A DNA stretch of 64,000 bases from Dudresnaya verticillata. Taxonomy: Eukaryota. The notes under the pieces are model-generated. The model saw only the letters and a program-made list of their open reading frames with translations. It was not told where the DNA came from and made no database searches. This document shows, one piece after another, positions 13,401 to 25,419 of this stretch; position 1 is the stretch's first letter, and each line of letters begins with the position of its first letter. The DNA lies in contig OZ374563.1 of the NCBI GenBank assembly GCA_977862235.1, forward strand, positions 62,001 through 126,000, given 5' to 3'. Made by a program: the position numbers and the translations under genes.

Positions 13401-14866
13401 AGGATTGTCAGTGTCGCGTTTCAGCACCATGCCAATCTTCGCAAACATGACATGTTCGATGTTCTGATGGAAGGGGACTATGCAAGATGCTTTGTTTCAA
13501 GGATATATGACGAAAAGGAGGAAAGGGCGACAATCGCGCAGTGCTTTGCAAGCTGTAAAGAAGACTGGGTGCGTCTGAAACGTGCATCGCCTCAACAACG
13601 CTTCCGCACCGTCACCAAGAAGAACCTTACAGACTTTTTCAAGAAAATCCAAGCTTTCGATAACATGCACTTGATACAAGGAATCTTGAAGCAAATCCTT
13701 TTGAACGAGAGGGGTCCTGAAATGCTACCGTTGCTTACTTGACAAAAACTTTGGGAGCTCATACCTCCTGGGTCTCGAACAGCCATCACAAGATTGGGTT
13801 CGAGCCCTGATACTACTATCAGGGAACGTCTTCAGGCTGAAATATTAGGTGTAATGTGTTACAACCTTCGCGTCACTAAGATGTATCTCCCAAGTTTTCA
13901 AATGGGCGAGATATTCTACCTTGTCCGGCACAACTCCGGGTCTATCGCAAAACAGATAGTAGTGGATACAGTCTGCTGCATTCTCGAAGGTTTCCCCACA
14001 AAAGCAAACAGACAAAAGGGGGAGGATTACACAGCAGCCGAACAGACTATCCGCTGGTGTCAAGGAAAGCTGCGCTCTTCCGGGAGTTCTGCCGTTTCTA
14101 CAAGTACGAGTTTCTCACAGCAAATGGAATATGGTGAGTCAATTGAAACCTCTGCGACAGCTTGCCTACGAGTTTTGGTATTAACCTCATCACGTCAGGA
14201 GGCAGTTCTCGTCAGAGAATCGTTTTCAAGAGCCAGAGTGATGGCTCATGCCCCCAGCAGAATGAAAACTTTTCCGCACCGATTCAGTTATACACGGTTA
14301 CGAGTTGTCGGGAAAGGAATGTTGCCGACGCAAATGACAAAGGGAATACATTCGAGGGAAGTCATGTCATCCTGTGCAGCATTGAAGAAATTCATGAGCT
14401 TCAGCGTCTGATGAACCGCGTAAGCAAGAGAAAGAGAGTATATGTTCCGAGCTTCCGTTCCATAATATTGGTGAACGGGGATTACGTTCCCGTCCCAGCC
14501 TTCATTCACCTACTCACATTCGCTTCTAGCATCACTGTAGCATTCACACTCTTTGGGATGCATGATGATTCGGCTGAAGTTGAGGGCGATGTTGAATTTT
14601 GGAGAGGAAAGGTTGCAGCAGCGGACCTCTCGATTATGGAAATGATGTGGAATGTTAAAAGCCTCGATATCCGAAGGCTCGATGCGCGGTTTACCGCCGC
14701 AGATATATCAGCAACGGCGGGGCCGTGCGAGCCCGACGATACCACTCCTTCACCGGGCCAAGGGGAACAAGGAAATCTCCACAGCGGCCGCACTTCATTG
14801 GCCAGGACAAGATCTATTGCACGCAAGGAGATCGGACCTGCCGTGAGGAGGCGGCTTTTCCACTAA
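10459..14866 (+). pseudogene. Large interrupted gene G4; C-terminal part resembles an inactive Upf1/Sen1-like SF1 helicase ATPase domain
   Basis: ORFs 10459..12522, 12444..13742, (in-frame TGA) 13794..14411 and 14162..14866. Motif-like segments FYLVRHNSGS, LRVLVLTSSRQEAV, SHVILCS, FRSIILVNGDYVPVP and FTLFG occur in SF1 motif order. Confidence 0.5.
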
Positions 14867-15097
14867 CAGAGAGAGGGCCATCAGTGCTGCGTTCCATTTA
14901 TTGAAACGGTATTGGCCGAATCATTTTCTGTGGACAGTAAAAGCAGGAAGCATATTGATCAATGGCTGCGGTGTCTCAACAGTTCACCAACCATCACGGA
15001 GATTGAGGAGGTATTAAGTCAGTTTACAACTCAATACAGTTCTTTTCTTTGTTGAAAAGTCGATTTAATGTCGCTTTCTTGTAGACATGGATCCTTC

Positions 15098-16917
15098 CCC
15101 GGGATGCATTCGTAAACGATGCCCTTTCCTATAATTCGCATCCATGGACCTGTCCTTTCCTCTTGGATAAGAAAAATAGTAAGGGACAGAAAAATAGGAA
15201 AGGACGTTGTCCTTTCCTACATAACTGTCATGCAATGGAAAGGACGTTGTACTTTCCATTGCATGACAGTTATGCTGCTTGGAAAGGGACCAAGGGGCAT
15301 GATTGAATTGAAAGTCGATACTGCTTGGAAAGGACATAGTCCTTGCTGATTCGAAAGAACATGATGAGATTGCAAGCCCTTTTTTCCTAATCCATGGATT
15401 TCTCTGTCCTTTCCTATTTTTCTGATTCATGTGTCGGAAATTATGAAATGACAGCATAACGGAAGGGACTTCGTGCTTTCAATTTCTGTCTTACCTTTCC
15501 GAGGATCAGAAAATAGGAAAGGACAGAAAATTCATGTGTCGGAAATTATGAAAGGACAGGGTAAAGGAAGGGACTTCGTGCTTTCAATTGGTGTCTTACT
15601 TTTCCAAGGATCAGAAAATAGGAAAGGACAGAAAATTTCATGTGTTGGAAATTATGAAAGGACAGGGTAAAGGAAGGGACTTCGTGCTTTCAATTGGTGT
15701 CTTACTTTTCCAAGGATCAGAAAATAGGAAAGGACAGAAAATTTCATGTGTTGGAAATTATGAAAGGACAGGGTAAAGGAAGGGACTTCGTGCTTTCAAT
15801 TGGTGTCTTACTTTTCCAAGGATCAGAAAATAGGAAAGGACAGAAAATGACCTCGTCTTTTCCATTGCTTCATATTCAACCTGCGGGAAAAGACATAGTC
15901 CTTGTTGCTTCGAAACGACATGATAGGAGTTGCAAGTCCCTTTTTTCTAATCCAGGAATTTTTCTGTCCTTTCCTATTTTTCTTCTCCATGGATCGGAAA
16001 CAAGGAAAAGACAGGAAAAACGAAAGGACGCCATGCTTTCAATTGCATGAGCGTTATGCTGCCTATCTTCCTTATTCAGGGAATCAAAAATAGGAAAGGA
16101 CAGAAAATTGAAAGCGACCTCGTCCTTTCTATTGCATCATACTTATGCGGCTGGGAAAAGACATAGTCCTTGCAACTTCGAAACGACATGAGAGGACTTG
16201 CAAGTCCCTTTTTCTAATCCAAGAATGTTTCTGTCCTTTCCTATTTTTCTTCTCCATGGATCGGAAAAAAGAAAGGACCGCAAAAAGGAAAGGACGTCGT
16301 CCTTTCAATTGCATGAGCGTCAGGCTGCCTATTTTTCGAATCTATGGATCGGTAAATAGGAAAGGACGCTGTCCTTTCAACTGCTTGAGAGTTATGCTGC
16401 CTATATTTCTTATCCATATGGCTGCAGCCATGAGAAAATAGGAAAGGGTAGAAAACAGGAAAGGACGTCGACCTTTCCATTGCATCGCAGTTATGCTGCT
16501 TGTAAAGAACATGTTCTTATGCATAATCCTTGCCGCGTCGAAAGGACATGATGGACTTGCAAGTCCTGTTTTCATTATCCATGAATCGCAAAATAGGAAA
16601 TGTCCGAAAAATAGGAAAGACCGTCGTACTTTCAATTGCATGAGAGTTATGCTGCTTGGAAAAGACACAATGCACTTGCATCTCCATGCTGTTTGAAAAT
16701 GATATGATGGATATAACTTGCAACTCTATCATGTTGGTACTGCATACAGAAGCCAATGTAACACAGAATTCTGTATTTTTCAGTCGTCCGCATGCGGCAA
16801 GCCATGACTGCAATATCGATCGTCCTTTCATCGATGTTTGGTCGATCGTCCTTTCTTCGAGGGAAAGACGGACGAAAGAAGTCTTCGGCTTAATTATATC
16901 CTAAGACAATACCCGGG
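15098..16917. repeat. Complex GAAAGGAC-rich repeat block between convergent genes G4 and the transposase
   Basis: Dozens of GGAAAGGAC/GTCCTTTC motifs, recurring AAAATAGGAAAGGAC, direct and inverted sub-blocks; bounded by CCCGGG at 15098 and 16912. Confidence 0.85.
15461..15849. repeat. 106-bp tandem repeat, ~3.7 copies (copies 2 and 3 identical)
   Basis: ggaagggacttcgtgctttcaatt...gaaaggacagggtaaa recurs at 15461, 15566, 15672 and 15778. Confidence 0.95.
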
Positions 16918-17077
16918 GAAACACTTTCGAATATTACAACGAATGTCTTCTGTTAATGATTCAGCATGACCTGAACTTTATTTTCATGTGCACATTTACA
17001 ATCACAGCTCCGGACACATTTACCCAGCATATATATGCATATATATGTGCAATCGATTTGGCGATGATCATCGCCTA

Positions 17078-20000
17078 TCATGCATTTCGAGGGGGGTATC
17101 CTTTCCAGCGCTCCAAAATGAAAAATTTTGCCTGCAGAATATGACGGTGATGTACCATAAACTTTCCACGTTTGCTGGCCTGACAGGAAGCTGAAAATCT
17201 GTGAATGACACCAACTCGCCTACAATACTGATTCCAGAAAAGTAATGACGGCCCGTTCTCCGGGATAGAAACTTCATAAATCTCATCATGGCATAGAATC
17301 TTACTTTCCGATACCGGTGAGTTTCCGGGCGTTACATTATCTTCTGTGTGGAGAGCTTCTACACAAGGTAGCACTAACGCTCCTGGTTTCCCCTTGTATG
17401 AAAAAATGTCAACACGTACCAGAAGGATACTGCTTCTTCATATAGTTGTGATTCATCGCTGTTTACAGCGATATCTTCGCCCTGTAGAACGACAGGAAAT
17501 GCGGGTTGCGTTTGTCCTTTCAACCTTGCTTCCAGAACTTGGACAACATCTCCCTGATGTACATCAAATGAATTCATGGGTGGAAGAGCTCCATTTACCA
17601 TGCCGGATTTCCGGACAAGCCCAGCCCGGGTACCGAAGAGCTTATGTTCTTTTCGTTTCTCCTCCGAGATGGAAAAATAATTCAACAGTATGTTTGTTCC
17701 GCTCTCGCTCATTCTCAACTCAATATCTTCCGGCCTTCCAAAACCTTCATCATTTGTCATTGCGCCATCGGAACAATGCCATGTGGAATGCGCAGTGAAC
17801 TTCCAAAGGTCATCTACTTCCCAACTGCTTCTGTCATCTTTCATTGATCCGGTTGTGGACATTACTGTCCTACCTTCGCGTGCTAACCTTTCATCAACCG
17901 TTCCTTGGGGTCCAAGAGCTCTGCGGACGAACTCAAAATCAGCGTCGTCCACTCTTCCTTTCCTATCTATTATTGCTTCCCTCCCGCAAAGGAGACGTAG
18001 CAGACCTCTTACGGTATCCTTTCTGGGCTCATTGCCTTGCTCTCTATATTCTTGCACGAGCATGTTCAGTCGCCCCTGCCAGTCATTCATAGCTGCTGCC
18101 GTGACAGCATAGTCCAAATGCGAATCCCTATGATTTGACCTTGTCACGGATCTTTTCAACCCTTGGTGGGCTCGTTCAAACGCAAGCTCAGCCACTCTAT
18201 GAATGCTGCCAATCATTGGCAGCAATACCATCCCAAGTTCGTACAACCTATGCGCGTTTGGATGATCAACCCTCTCTCGTGCAAGTAAGGTTTCCGACCA
18301 CTCGCGTTGAGACCGGGCCTTCCTCTTCTTCTGTTCAGAGCTTCTTCCGGACCTTGCCGCTTGGTAGTCTGCAAAATCGTTTGCAGAAAATGGGCAGAGG
18401 CGACGAGCAAGGTCCAAATGCGAGATGATTGCCTTCTGTAGAGAAGCTACGTAGTTGTATCCTTCATTTCGGTTGAATTCAACTGACCTTTCCTTTCCAT
18501 CAACTCTAGCTCTCGGCCAATACCACAATCGAGAGACTAGAACTGAGAAAGACTGGACCAATGCAATTGCAAGTATGCATTTCCTGGAAAGACCTGATTC
18601 TTCTAGAGAGGTTATACCACTTTCTCCACTCCTGGCCATATCAGTCTCCGGAAACCTTAGTATATCGGAATGTGACAATACGCTTGATCCACTACAATCC
18701 CTGCAAATGAGCTTCAGGGCAAACGGTGCTACATACAGGAGGACATAGAGTTCACTCAACTTCATAGAATGAAGGCTTATGTGAGAGCTCTTCTCCGGGT
18801 CGTAGATTCTGTTCTGGAATGGAAGTCGTAATTCCTTCATGATTGAGATGCAGTATACATCAAACTTTCTTCGTTGAGGTCGGGATAGCAATACTATGAT
18901 GCAGTTGAGACAATCCTTGGCATGTCCTGTCAATAGATGGTCAGGGGCGATGAGGATTCCCTGGTATGGATCAATCTGACCAGGAACAATTACCATACTC
19001 AGTTTTTGGAATTCGGTCCCGATTGCGCAAGAACGCTTCATCCAGCTGATGAATCGGACAAGAACCCTCCTTTCCCACTGCACTTATTCCCAGTTCTTGC
19101 CTCTTCCGGTTATCAGTGCAATAGTTCCTGACTGAAACATGCCTCCTGTGGTACCTCCTCGCGTGCTCCATCCCTCCATGGAGACTGGTTTGAAGGTAAC
19201 GAGCATTCACCGGGGACACACCTCCTCCCTCCTTTTCCGAAGATATATCCTGTCGAACGTACTTACAGAGATGACAACAAGCATCCGCATTGTGCCCACG
19301 GATTTCTAGGACCTGGTTCGCTGCAGGAGTATCAGCAAGGATACCAACGAGGTCGAGAAATATTTTAACCCTCTCCCCGTCAGCATCGTAGTCCTCGAAG
19401 CCTTCTGTCACCCCCTTCACTAAGTCCTCCTCCAATCTTATTAAGACCTCGTCGACCTTAGCGCCAGGTGGCACCAAACTCAGAATGCGAACAGAGGAAC
19501 TGCTGGACCTTTCCCTCGGGGGCAGGTTAAGACATACAATATAGATTCCCTCCCCGCTGGCTTGCTTCCCTTCAGTCATCCTAAAACCGTCCCAGTATAG
19601 AAAGAATCTATATACAACGTACTTGCTGCCATCCTTCAGGTTTCCGATACTTGATCTAACTCGTTCCAGGGTCTCATCTGAGCTACCAGGAACCCGTGGT
19701 AGGACAATTATCTTTCGAATGCCATGTACACGGTTCAATACATGGGCATCACTAACATTGTCTCCTTGATCGGTTGAGTACAGAGACCTGAACATGTGAT
19801 ATAAGTCACCCATATCCCGCAGTTCATTTCCTTGCGAATTGCACTTCGGAGCAACCCATAACATGAATCTGGAAAGGTCGTCATCTCGAGGAAAGAAGCG
19901 ATGCACAATAACGATAATACTGTTTCCATTCTCATATTGTAATGGAGAGATAAGCGTAAAAGTATCCCCTGGATATTTTAACCTCTCTGCCATCTGCTGC

Positions 20001-21546
20001 CAGAAGACGTTATCAGTCGGATCGTAACCCTGGATAAGCATACCGGCGATGCATTTCCCTAGTTGGGAAATCGCAGTATGAGTATATAATTCATATGAAG
20101 ATTCACGGCCATGTCCGTCATGGCGTGCACAGAAACTACCTTTCCAAGCACTGTGGTGCCGGGACTAAGGTTCGTCCTTTCACCCGATAGTTGACTGAAA
20201 GTGGCACATAGTTCGTCTGGAAGGTCTCTGGAACCAAAACAAGAAACTTGAACCACATCACCAAGTTTTGCACGGGTGTTTGGAACATTACAATGTCCTG
20301 TAATATTACCGCTTTCTTCCTCGTCCACAGAGATGCACTGAAATCCTCCGTAGAATATTTTCCTTTGCGCCACCAGGGGCCAGTCTTCGACAAATTCCCA
20401 ATCCCTAATAGCAGGTCGCACAATGCCATTAGCTTCGGTTTCAAGTCCGGCCTTGCTTTCCAACGAGGTTGCCTTTATCACCCGGTGCACAGGACCGCAG
20501 GAAATATCCATCCTTGCATACTCACTCACCGGAATCATACGGACCGCAGTTGTCGCAGACCCTTCCGTGGATAGTTCATTGACGCCAGGCTTGTTAATGT
20601 CAACTTCATGGATCTCATCTGTAGCTCGTGCGATTAAACTAGCCTTCAGTGCCCTCATATAATCTCTCTCAATTGTCCGATACGATGGGAAAACGAAAGG
20701 AAGTTTCTGGCCAGAGTAGGTAGTGCCCCTGTTCACCACTGCGGGAGCGAGTGACGTGTCTAATGGAATTATCGAGGCTTCCATAGTTGACTTCTTCCAG
20801 GAGGATAGACCTTGCATACGATTTACAAGATTAATAATCCTTAGATGTTCATCGTACTGTTCTCGAGACAATCAAACACTTCCCGATACCATCAGGATAG
20901 GGAGGATAACTTGCCAGTGGTTTAAAGACACTTGCGCAGAACTTTTGTAGTCGTCCTCATCTCCATCATCATTAGTCAGGTCAAGGTTTGCGTCGACATT
21001 GTCAAGCGCATCATATGAAATATCCTCGTCGTATATATCCAATCTATCCGTCATTTCACCTTCTTCACATGGGTACTCTTGCTTTTCTATATCACTGTTG
21101 CTTTCTATACCCTGAATTTCTGGGCGCTCGTCCTCCACAGGGCGTTCAGAAAAGGCATCAGCATTGCGACCAGATGATTCAGTTGAGTCAACCGCAGTTA
21201 TCTCTTCTCTTGATATCCGTGTCGGGAGAGGTGCATTTTCGACTCCTATCCTTTCCTGTACATGTGTCCAGATACTGCAACGTCCACTCATCCGATTATC
21301 AAGCATGTGGTCTGGTTGAACTGGTTTCTCCCTCTCGTCATTGTCGTTGGGGAACTTCTCTTCTGGTTCCGAATGAGGCATGCAGAAGGGCACCTCTTGG
21401 GAGGTCGGTTGCTTATCGAGAGGGGATTCAACTGCAACGCCTGAGGGTGGCAGCGCTGCATGCTCATGGACTACCTTGCTCAGACCAAATGCCTTATCCA
21501 CTCGGCGCTTCTTCCACCCTCGAGATCTCGACCTTGTCCAGTCCAT
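17078..21546 (-). pseudogene. CMC (CACTA/EnSpm-Mirage-Chapaev)-type DDE transposase, ~1,450 codons, with one in-frame stop and about three frameshifts
   Basis: LYWDGF, CLNLPPRER, LSLVPPG, ILADTPAA...GHNADACCHLC, APDHLLTG and PNAHRL...GSIHRVAELAFERAHQGLK match Tnp2/Transposase_21-type motif order. Pieces: 20872..21546, 20059..20871, 18971..20041, 17374..19083, 17078..17374. Confidence 0.8.
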
Positions 21547-22334
21547 CCTTTCACTCAGTCGACTGATGACTAGATTACCTCACTTTTGTCATTCTCCAGG
21601 TATTGAAACTTTCATGCGTTACGATAACAACCGTGATCTGATTGCTCAGTTCAGCGAAATTCCAATAGCTCCCGGTTGCGGACTGAAACGTTATCCCTAC
21701 CAAGGTAAATCAGTGAGGGATCCCTCGATATATCGATATAAGTATTATCACTAGCACTGATACTGAAATATCGACTCACTTTCTAGAAAGTACAGCTGTA
21801 CAGGAGAGAACTGTAGCCTGACGTTCACAATCATTCGATGTGAAAGGGCTTGAGAAGTGGTTTACCGGCTGCTTGCTGCCATCTGGTCGGTAACCAATCA
21901 GTGAGGAGAACTCACTTCTGGTGACTGCGAAGGTCTGGCCTCGTAGATTTCTGATAGCGCAATCAGAATGCAAATTACAAGCCTCTGTCTGTGATCCCTG
22001 CCAATCCCTTGTTCATTCCTCACTTTGAACGACCAGTTAATGCAGAATGTGTTTATGTAGGCCTACGATGACCGCTTTGGGTAGAATCTCATTATCTTGC
22101 CAGGGAACTGTGGCATCTCTCATGGCGTTCCACAGCCATAAATGCTTGATTTTTACGGAGATGAGCGACCAGGTAGGTAACAAGGTCCATTCTGTGCGAT
22201 GCATCCAGGCTGACAGATAAGCTTGCGCCAAAGCACTTCGAAAAGCAGTTCAGTAGGTACTGCTACAATTATTGCGGTTAACTGCAATAATCGAAAGGGC
22301 TTGTAAGCCTTTCATATGCAGGTTCATTAAAATA

Positions 22335-22882
22335 GACTTGTCCTTTCATAGGCCCTGTCGTATAAATAGACCTGTCCTTTCATAGCCCCTGTCGTATTAA
22401 GGGACTACCCAGACTTTCGCACGCAAGGACCATTTGACGACAATGTCCTTTCGTACGGACCAGTTGTCCTTTCGTATGAAAGGATCAGGTGTCCTTTCAT
22501 ATGAAAGGTGTCCTTTCCTTTGAAATGACCACTCATCCTTTCGTGCACGAATCACCATGGTGATTGTTGGGTGATGGTGATGATCATCCGAATGCACATC
22601 TCACACAAAAGTGTGTGTGAGATGTCCATTCATCCTTTCGTGGTGATTGTTGGTGAAAGGATGATCATCCGAATGGACATCTCACACACACTTTTGTCAC
22701 ACTTTTGTGTGAGATGTCCATTCATCCTTTCACCACTTGTCCTTTGATGCAAAATATGAAAGGACGTTTGTATGGATTAAATTATGCAGTTCATGAAAAG
22801 GCACGTCCTTTCTTACGGCTCGCGTGCACGCGTGTACGCGAGCCTACGAAAGGACGAGCCATGTTAGCTCCCTCAGTCCGTG
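22335..22882. repeat. Subterminal-like GTCCTTTC/GAAAGGAC array with two hairpins, ending in candidate terminus CCGTG (22878-22882)
   Basis: GTCCTTTC copies dominate the left half and GAAAGGACG copies the right half; palindromic units at 22590-22725. Confidence 0.75.
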
Positions 22883-23113
22883 GATAAGTTCTGGCAGCAT
22901 TGTACCTCGAGCTACGTGATCCCGCGGAACGTCTGTCTACAGAATGACTTATTCTGAAATTATCCCGTGTGCATTTACAAGCCGCTAATGTAGCGCTAAT
23001 GAATGATTCGTTGCATGCATGTTACATTCCTACTGAGAGGGCTTAATCCAACGAATCCGTTGCTTATAAAAGCAGACATTCAGGCTCATCTGTAAATCCC
23101 AGTTTGTTCCATT

Positions 23114-24961
23114 CTACCCGGTACAACTCTTTCCGCCCCGCGTAAATGCATCGCCATGGGTGCAAAGCAATCTCTGTATCTCGGAAGCTGCTTTGCTTCC
23201 ATTGAAGGAAATAATTGGAATGGAACACTGAAGTGCCCCAAGAACATCTTCAGCTCCAGTATATCGTGACCCTACATGGAGTCTTTGGTCAGGCAGTTTC
23301 TCCCATTCCAGCCGAAACTCAAATTGGTCTGTATACGCCTTTGTAAGAGGTGTCTTGGATTCTAGTGAACGTCCTTGCGTAGTCTTGGACGAAATAGACC
23401 TGTCTATGAAGTCCCGCAACCAGGAAGACGGCTCTTTCCGTACACGAAAGCGCTCCTCAAAAATCCCTTCCACTTCGTTCCAACAACAACGAGGTCGATG
23501 GAGGACTGGAACGACATCATTGGGATTAGTTTGAAGATATCTGTACCCCGTTCCCAGCGCAGTGCATGTTTCCCAGCTGTTTTGGCTTTCGGGTGACTTG
23601 TCTTCCCGCTCAATACAGTTAAATGTGCTCCCGACTACCACAGCGGTATCCACAGAAGATGATGCGCTTGTCTGCACTTGTAACATGACTTCCTGTGAGA
23701 CGTTGGGCTCCATTTCTAGTTCATCACACAAGTCCGCAAAAGTCGGGAACACTATGCAGAATTTTGATCGATCTCTCAATGTCAAGAATACGGCTTTGAA
23801 CGTGCTTGGGCGAATGTCAGCCCGTCCCGATAGACGCGACCTTGCACCTTGCGCTATGTCAATAAAATCCTGCATTGTGCAATATATCTTAGTTGTACGT
23901 ATCATCTTGCATGTGACAGCTGTGCTATCACAGACTGACTTAGTGTTTGTGCTCTTCTTAGCTACCGACCGAAGGACGGAAAGGACGAAAGTCTGTACGA
24001 ACCTCTTCAGTCTGTGAATATCCCGAGCTCTGTAACTTTGTGTAGAACTTGGCCCATGCATTGTCATTAGTCCGGACACGATTCTTTGCAGTCCTTGCAC
24101 CTGTTTTTCCAAGCAAACGACTTTCTCGGATATTGACAGCACAGCTCCCTTAAGTTCTGCTTGACCTTGCCTACAAACATCCGGTGCGCACTCGATATCC
24201 AGAATACGTTCGTCGCTGCTTTCCATACAATTGTCTTTTGAACCCCACGTACAATATCGCCAGGCCGCTACCATTCCTCCATGAATTCCGGGACCATGCC
24301 GGAGTTGGTTACACCCGAAGAAGGAAACGCCATGGTAAGTGTAGTTGGAGAGTTCATCCGGGGATACACTGTGAGGCGAAGATGTGTACGTCAACGACAT
24401 CGTCTTTCCGCAATTCTCCGCACCCACTAGTGCAGCCCACCAAGTACGTTTATCGTCCTTTCGTGATCTTGTATTTCCACCAACGCCATGTCTAGTTGAA
24501 TTTCCTGGTCCCCAATCCCGGTCATCATTCGCTTCGATAACGTCCGCGTTATCTAGCACCCAACATACTTCTATAAATGAACCTGGGCTTGGAACTTTGT
24601 CTTCCCTCTGCCGTGTCGACCTTTTCCGCGTATGAAATGAGACTGCCTGCGCGCCACTCGATACATCGTTGCATGCAAGGACAGCTGTTCCGCAAGGTCG
24701 GGGAGACACAGCATGGTTCCCATCGTTGTTCCGAGCGTCGCCGTCCAGTTGACGGCTGGCGTCACCCGCCGGGCCACTCTCGTCTGAAGTTGAGTTATTT
24801 TCTTCTTCTTGGTTGGACAAGCGATCTGCGTTCAATGATCCTTCCATAGATTGAACCTGAAAGGATGAAGCATCGGCGCAAAGGTCTCTGCACGGATCCG
24901 AACTCAGCATCCTCTCACGCACTAAACCGGCCGGCGTGAGTATCCCGGGATATTCAGGCAT
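23114..24961 (-). CDS. 615-aa protein with Tudor/Agenet-like domain and coiled coil (G6)
   Basis: Intact ORF. PSPGSFIEVCW...TWWAALV...SLTY...VSF...WRY resembles the Tudor-like aromatic pattern; ISEKVVCLEKQVQGLQRIV has a heptad pattern. Confidence 0.6.
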   Translation of the reverse strand: MPEYPGILTPAGLVRERMLSSDPCRDLCADASSFQVQSMEGSLNADRLSNQEEENNSTSDESGPAGDASRQLDGDARNNDGNHAVSPRPCGTAVLACNDVSSGAQAVSFHTRKRSTRQREDKVPSPGSFIEVCWVLDNADVIEANDDRDWGPGNSTRHGVGGNTRSRKDDKRTWWAALVGAENCGKTMSLTYTSSPHSVSPDELSNYTYHGVSFFGCNQLRHGPGIHGGMVAAWRYCTWGSKDNCMESSDERILDIECAPDVCRQGQAELKGAVLSISEKVVCLEKQVQGLQRIVSGLMTMHGPSSTQSYRARDIHRLKRFVQTFVLSVLRSVAKKSTNTKSVCDSTAVTCKMIRTTKIYCTMQDFIDIAQGARSRLSGRADIRPSTFKAVFLTLRDRSKFCIVFPTFADLCDELEMEPNVSQEVMLQVQTSASSSVDTAVVVGSTFNCIEREDKSPESQNSWETCTALGTGYRYLQTNPNDVVPVLHRPRCCWNEVEGIFEERFRVRKEPSSWLRDFIDRSISSKTTQGRSLESKTPLTKAYTDQFEFRLEWEKLPDQRLHVGSRYTGAEDVLGALQCSIPIISFNGSKAASEIQRLLCTHGDAFTRGGKSCTG

Positions 24962-25419
24962 CCTGAGGAGCTATGGCTGTTCCAGGGCTGGGAAGAGTGA
25001 TGCAGACGGGGTTCGCCGGGAGGCGTTAGAGCATATCTCCTGATCGACTGCAAGGATGATTGCGCACGATAACTACAGAAGAAGAGCTTTCCATATCATG
25101 CTCGCTGAGCCTGAAGTTCGATTGAGTAGAGAATGAGCCTCCGTGAGATGATTGACCTTAACAAAGGTTTGAGATATACATGCATAACAGTGGTTGGTCA
25201 ATGTTGCAGAGATGTGCAACCCAGAGATTACACATCGGCCGTAAGCGGTAGCCATTTCGGCGCAGTGACGTCATTACAGACACCAAATCTCTGATATTAG
25301 TGATTGTAAAACTCTAAAAATACATATCAGTCGTGAAACTGTAATATCAGAACTCTGAAACTATAAAAAATGTAAATCAGCCATGATTTGTCCCCCCGGT
25401 GTGCTTCTATAGCATAAGC

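Noticed and set aside
20872..20874. In-frame TGA codons in G1, G4, the transposase and Gypsy pol as recoding or an alternative genetic code
   Set aside because: Most of these genes also carry frameshifts or a TAA stop, and CGA/TGG to TGA transitions explain them simply
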